A stretch of 64,000 bases of DNA from Candidatus Terraquivivens tengchongensis (lineage in GTDB: Archaea; Thermoproteota; Nitrososphaeria_A; Caldarchaeales; Wolframiiraptoraceae), in the NCBI GenBank assembly GCA_023261845.1, contig JALNJZ010000002.1, positions 32,001-96,000 on the forward strand, in the 5' to 3' direction. The translations under genes were made by a program, and so were the position numbers. Each line of letters begins with the position of its first letter. Within the stretch, counting starts at the first letter, position 1. Below the pieces are notes generated by a model. It was given only the letters and a program-made list of their open reading frames with translations. It was not told the DNA's origin and ran no database searches. Of the stretch, positions 60,295 to 64,000 are shown in pieces.

Positions 60295-60721
60295 GAAGTC
60301 TAGGGCAGTTGCAGCAGTAGGTATTCTCGAAAGAAGACCTAACATACCTAGAACGATAAACGTTGGGGCCCACGTTGTATGTGCAGACAACACAGGAGCG
60401 CGCATTTTAAAAATAATACAGGTGCATGGTTATAAAGGTAGGCTGAGACGTCAACCTGCTGCATGTGTAGGCGACTTGGTCTCGGTCACTGTTGCAAAAG
60501 GACCCATAGACCTCAGGAAGAAAGTCATGCAAGCAGTCATCATAAGACAAAAGAAGCCTTACAGGAGGCCAGATGGTACTTGGATATTCTTCGAAGATAC
60601 TGCCGCCGTTTTGATGACCCCAGATGGTGGACTCAAAGGCACGGAGATAAAAGGCCCTGTGGCAAAGGAGGCAGCTGAAAGGTGGCCGAGAATAGCTAAC
60701 GCTGCCAGCATTATAGTGTAG
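60278..60721 (+). CDS. rpl14: 50S ribosomal protein L14
   Basis: CADNTGA and [14 protein letters not shown] motifs. Confidence 0.96.
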   Translation: MARLAKKSRAVAAVGILERRPNIPRTINVGAHVVCADNTGARILKIIQVHGYKGRLRRQPAACVGDLVSVTVAKGPIDLRKKVMQAVIIRQKKPYRRPDGTWIFFEDTAAVLMTPDGGLKGTEIKGPVAKEAAERWPRIANAASIIV

Positions 60722-60731
60722 GTGATGTAAT

Positions 60732-61106
60732 GTGAAAGTTTTATCAAAGAAGCCCAGAAAACAAAGAAAGTTCTTGTACAACGCCCCACTTCATAAGCTT
60801 TCTAAGCTTATGTCAGCCCATCTTTCTCCAGAGTTGAGAGAAAAGTATGGCAGAAGGTCGTTTCCCGTAAGGAAGGGCGATACCGTTAAGATACTCGTGG
60901 GAGAGTTTAAAGGTGTCGAAGGAAAGGTAACGGGCGTTGATAGGAGAAAGCAAGTAGTGTACGTTGAGAACGTGACAATAAAAAAGGCTGATGGGCGTGT
61001 TAAACCGAGACCCATACATGTATCAAATGTAATGATAACGTCGCTGAACCTTGAAGATAAGTATAGAAAGCAAGTCTTAGAGGCTAAAATGCCCAAGGAG
61101 GGGTAA
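60732..61106 (+). CDS. rpl24: 50S ribosomal protein L24
   Basis: KPRKQRK, VRKGDTV and IHVSNV motifs. Confidence 0.96.
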   Translation: MKVLSKKPRKQRKFLYNAPLHKLSKLMSAHLSPELREKYGRRSFPVRKGDTVKILVGEFKGVEGKVTGVDRRKQVVYVENVTIKKADGRVKPRPIHVSNVMITSLNLEDKYRKQVLEAKMPKEG

Positions 61107-61112
61107 AGTGGC

Positions 61113-61832
61113 ATGGGTCATTTAAAGAGGTTTGCTGCTCCACGACATTTTAGAATACCCGTAAAGGCAGCAAAGTTTACTATCAAGCCCTCTCCAGGTC
61201 CTCATCCAGCAGAAGAATGCATACCCCTTGCTATATTGCTAAGAGATCACCTCAAGTATGCGGAGACGATGGCCGAGGCTAAGAAAATAATTAAGGAGAG
61301 GAAGGTACTCGTGGATTGGAGAGTTATAACAGATCACAAGTTCCCTGTCGGTCTCATGGATGTGATTTCAATACCTGAAGCGGGCGAGCATTTCCGCATC
61401 GTTTCAATATATAGAAAAGGTCTTAGTTTAATCAAAATACAAGAAGATGAGGCAAAACTCAAGATAGGTAAAATTATTAGAAAGATGCATGTGAACAATG
61501 CTCATCTTCAGATAACACTTCACGATGGGAATAACTTTAGGTTTAAGGAAGTTGGAGTCGACGTATTATCGTATAAGACTGGAGATTCTTTGTTTATATC
61601 CTTCCCTGAGAAGAATATAATCAAACACTTGAAGCTTTCTGAGGGCAATTATGCCCTCGTAATTAAAGGACCAGAAGAGGGAAAACATGGTAAAATAATC
61701 GAAATCAAAAGGGACGTCACTTACCCCGCCAAACCCACAGTTACCCTTGACACTAAAGATGGAAAAGTAACGACGCTTCTCTCGTATATTATGGTGGTTG
61801 GTGAAGGTATTCCTATGGTGACCTTACCATGA
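61113..61832 (+). CDS. rps4e: 30S ribosomal protein S4e
   Basis: HLKRFAAP, PSPGPH and FPVGLMDVI motifs. Confidence 0.96.
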   Translation: MGHLKRFAAPRHFRIPVKAAKFTIKPSPGPHPAEECIPLAILLRDHLKYAETMAEAKKIIKERKVLVDWRVITDHKFPVGLMDVISIPEAGEHFRIVSIYRKGLSLIKIQEDEAKLKIGKIIRKMHVNNAHLQITLHDGNNFRFKEVGVDVLSYKTGDSLFISFPEKNIIKHLKLSEGNYALVIKGPEEGKHGKIIEIKRDVTYPAKPTVTLDTKDGKVTTLLSYIMVVGEGIPMVTLP

Positions 61833-62371
61833 GCCTGTTGGAAGTTAGTAACGTGATGAGGCGGTTGAGAATAGAGAAGGTAACTGTCAATTGTTCGGTA
61901 GGTGAGAGCGGGGCCAAATTGGAGAAGGCCGCCAAGATACTTGAAAGCCTGACTGGACAGAAGCCACAGATCAGAAAAGCGAAAAAGACCGTTAAAGGAT
62001 TTGGGATACATAAAGGTGAACCAATAGCTCTTAGGGTTACGCTGAGAAAACAAAAGGCCATCGAGTTCTTAACGAGGGCGCTGAAAGCCGTTAACAATAC
62101 GCTCAAGGCATCCAACTTTGATTCTAATGGTAATTTTTCTTTTGGAATCAAAGAGCACCTAGACATACCTGGTACAAAGTACGATCCAGCGCTCGGAACA
62201 ATTGGTATGGACATCTGCGTGCATATTTCGAGGCCAGGCCTCAGAGTGTCGCTGAGGAGGAGGGCGAAGTCCAAGATTGGTAAGAGCCACAAAATAACGC
62301 CGCATGAGGCGATGGAGTACATTAAGCAGAACTTTAACGTTAAGATAGTAGGTGAGGGGCATGAAGCATAA
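61829..62371 (+). CDS. rpl5: 50S ribosomal protein L5
   Basis: IEKVTVN and GNFSFGIKEH motifs. Confidence 0.96.
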   Translation: MSLLEVSNVMRRLRIEKVTVNCSVGESGAKLEKAAKILESLTGQKPQIRKAKKTVKGFGIHKGEPIALRVTLRKQKAIEFLTRALKAVNNTLKASNFDSNGNFSFGIKEHLDIPGTKYDPALGTIGMDICVHISRPGLRVSLRRRAKSKIGKSHKITPHEAMEYIKQNFNVKIVGEGHEA

Positions 62372-62522
62372 ACCACCGAAGGAAAGAAAGTTCGGGAAGG
62401 GTGTCGTGAAGTGTAGACGTTGTGGAACGACTGACGGAGTGATAAGGAAGTATAAGCTCTATATATGCAGGCGTTGCTTAAACGAAGTGGGTCCTGAGAT
62501 GGGCTTTAAGGTTTACGAATGA
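62361..62522 (+). CDS. rps14: 30S ribosomal protein S14 (not in the ORF track)
   Basis: MKHKPPKERKFGKGVVKCRRCG...ICRRC...MGFKVYE*. Confidence 0.95.
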   Translation: MKHKPPKERKFGKGVVKCRRCGTTDGVIRKYKLYICRRCLNEVGPEMGFKVYE

Positions 62523-62527
62523 GGTGA

Positions 62528-62923
62528 ATGTCTTTGACGAGACATGACTTAGTCTCAGGTCTTTTCACAACCCTACAAAATAATGAGATGGCAAGGAAGA
62601 GGGAATGTATCTACCCGGCCTCAAAGCTTATTGCGAACGTGTTAAAAGTGCTTCAAAGACACGGCTATATAGGCGCGTTTGAATACATAGAAGATGGTAG
62701 GGGCGGAAAATTTAGGATACAGCTCCTTGGCAGAGTTAACAGATCGGCCCCTATAAAGCCCCATTTCAGCGTTCGGAAAAATGAATTTGAGAAGTGGGAA
62801 AAGCAGTATCTACCAGGTAAGGACATAGGTATATTGATAGTAACCACACCGAAAGGGGTCATGTCGCATACCGAGGCGAAATCTCTCGGAACAGGAGGGA
62901 GGTTACTTGGTTATGTCTACTAA
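62528..62923 (+). CDS. rps8: 30S ribosomal protein S8
   Basis: GYIGAFE, TTPKGVMSH and GGRLLGYVY motifs. Confidence 0.96.
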   Translation: MSLTRHDLVSGLFTTLQNNEMARKRECIYPASKLIANVLKVLQRHGYIGAFEYIEDGRGGKFRIQLLGRVNRSAPIKPHFSVRKNEFEKWEKQYLPGKDIGILIVTTPKGVMSHTEAKSLGTGGRLLGYVY

Positions 62924-63467
62924 GCTAGAGAGTCTTGAAGAAAGAATACAGATACCCGATGATGTGAAGGCGAACCTAGAGGGCTTTAGGCTTAAAATTA
63001 CAGGAAAGCTGGGTTCAAACGAATACGACTTCTCACATATGGGCATAGATCTATCCTTAGAAGGTAAGGAAATCACGGTAAAAATATTGGGTAACAATAG
63101 GAAAGCGAGAGCAATGCTAGGTACAGCGGTATCTATCATTAAAAACATGATAACGGGCGTTACAAAGGGCTTTACATATAAGATGAAGATCGTTGCCTCT
63201 CACTTTCCAATGAGTGTCAAGGTTTCAGGGAACGAAGTTATAATCGAGAACTTCTTAGGTGAAAGGTACAAGAGGCGGGCGAAGATCGTCGGCAACACCA
63301 AAGTTGTCGTAAAAGGCGATGATGTGATAGTATCAGGCATAGACAAGTATTCCGTTGGGCAAACCGCCACCAATATAGAAAATGCCACACGCATCAAGAA
63401 AAAAGACCCGAGGAAGTTCCTCGATGGCATATACGTGTACAGGAAGTTGGAGGGGATTGAAACTTGA
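62907..63467 (+). CDS. rpl6: 50S ribosomal protein L6
   Basis: SHFPM, NFLGE and DPRKFLDGIY motifs. Confidence 0.96.
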   Translation: MVMSTKLESLEERIQIPDDVKANLEGFRLKITGKLGSNEYDFSHMGIDLSLEGKEITVKILGNNRKARAMLGTAVSIIKNMITGVTKGFTYKMKIVASHFPMSVKVSGNEVIIENFLGERYKRRAKIVGNTKVVVKGDDVIVSGIDKYSVGQTATNIENATRIKKKDPRKFLDGIYVYRKLEGIET

Positions 63468-63931
63468 GCGAAGAAGCACCTAAATCCCAAGAAGAAAAGA
63501 CAGCACTAACAGAAGGTGCACCGAGTATAAAGAAGGCAGCAATAAAACTACCGTCGCGTATAATTGAGCTGAGAAGGAAAAGGCCAGAATTCGTCAGGCA
63601 AGAGAGCTGGAGATATAAGCGGCTTGATGAAGCATGGCGCAGACCGAGAGGAAAAGACAGCAGGATGAGGTTACAAAAAAGCGGCGCACCTCCCCTTGTT
63701 AAAGTTGGTTACAGAGGCGATAGGAACTTCAGAGGACTACATCCATCCGGCTTTGAGGAAGTCTTAGTTAGCAGACCGGAAGACTTGGAAGGAATAGACC
63801 CGAGTAGACAGGCCATAAGGATTGCGGCCACTGTTGGAAGGCTAAAAAGGATACGGATAGCAGAGGTTGCACGCGAAAAAGGTATAAAAATTCTAAACCC
63901 GCCGCCGCAATTTAAGGAGGAGACAGCATGA
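63464..63931 (+). CDS. rpl32e: 50S ribosomal protein L32e
   Basis: FVRQESWRY, WRRPRG and GLHPSG motifs. Confidence 0.95.
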   Translation: MSEEAPKSQEEKTALTEGAPSIKKAAIKLPSRIIELRRKRPEFVRQESWRYKRLDEAWRRPRGKDSRMRLQKSGAPPLVKVGYRGDRNFRGLHPSGFEEVLVSRPEDLEGIDPSRQAIRIAATVGRLKRIRIAEVAREKGIKILNPPPQFKEETA

Positions 63932-64000
63932 GCCTTACGCTTCAGAAGAGGTTAGCGGCAGAGCTCTTGAAGTGTGGCGAAAGCAGGGTTAGATTCGATG
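63928..64000 (+). CDS. rpl19e: 50S ribosomal protein L19e (5' part only)
   Basis: MSLTLQKRLAAELLKCGESRVRFD, truncated by the window end. Confidence 0.9.
   Translation, partial: MSLTLQKRLAAELLKCGESRVRFD

Overview
Archaeal chromosome segment. The fused RpoA'/A'', unsplit RpoB, LysW-dependent Lys/Arg pathway and a tRNA with a non-canonical intron suggest Nitrososphaeria/'Aigarchaeota' or a related TACK lineage (inference). Left end: a CRISPR-Cas adaptation module (probable cas3 3' end, cas2, cas4, cas1), a leader and an array of about 68 repeats, then a helicase remnant, tRNA-Thr and a vapBC pair. The rest is mostly housekeeping: thiL, ppcA, atpI, trm5, the rpoH-B-A-L30e-nusA and S12-S7-EF1a-S10 cluster, the argX/lysYZWXJK/argH cluster, EF-2, split MetE and the L22 to L19e ribosomal operon. 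Main observations: (1) the EF-2 gene is interrupted inside its GTP-binding G1 motif by a 31-nt frame-breaking insert that folds into a bulge-helix-bulge (BHB) motif, i.e. a candidate tRNA-type intron in an essential mRNA; (2) a B12 radical-SAM gene has two adjacent blocks (42+58 nt) swapped, and swapping them back restores the frame exactly; (3) tRNA-Lys(CTT) has two BHB introns; (4) LysW ends in EDWGQ instead of EDWGE; (5) three pairs of CRISPR spacers hit homologous sites in diverged targets; (6) the catalytic MetE half probably starts at ATA. All calls were made by eye, without database searches.
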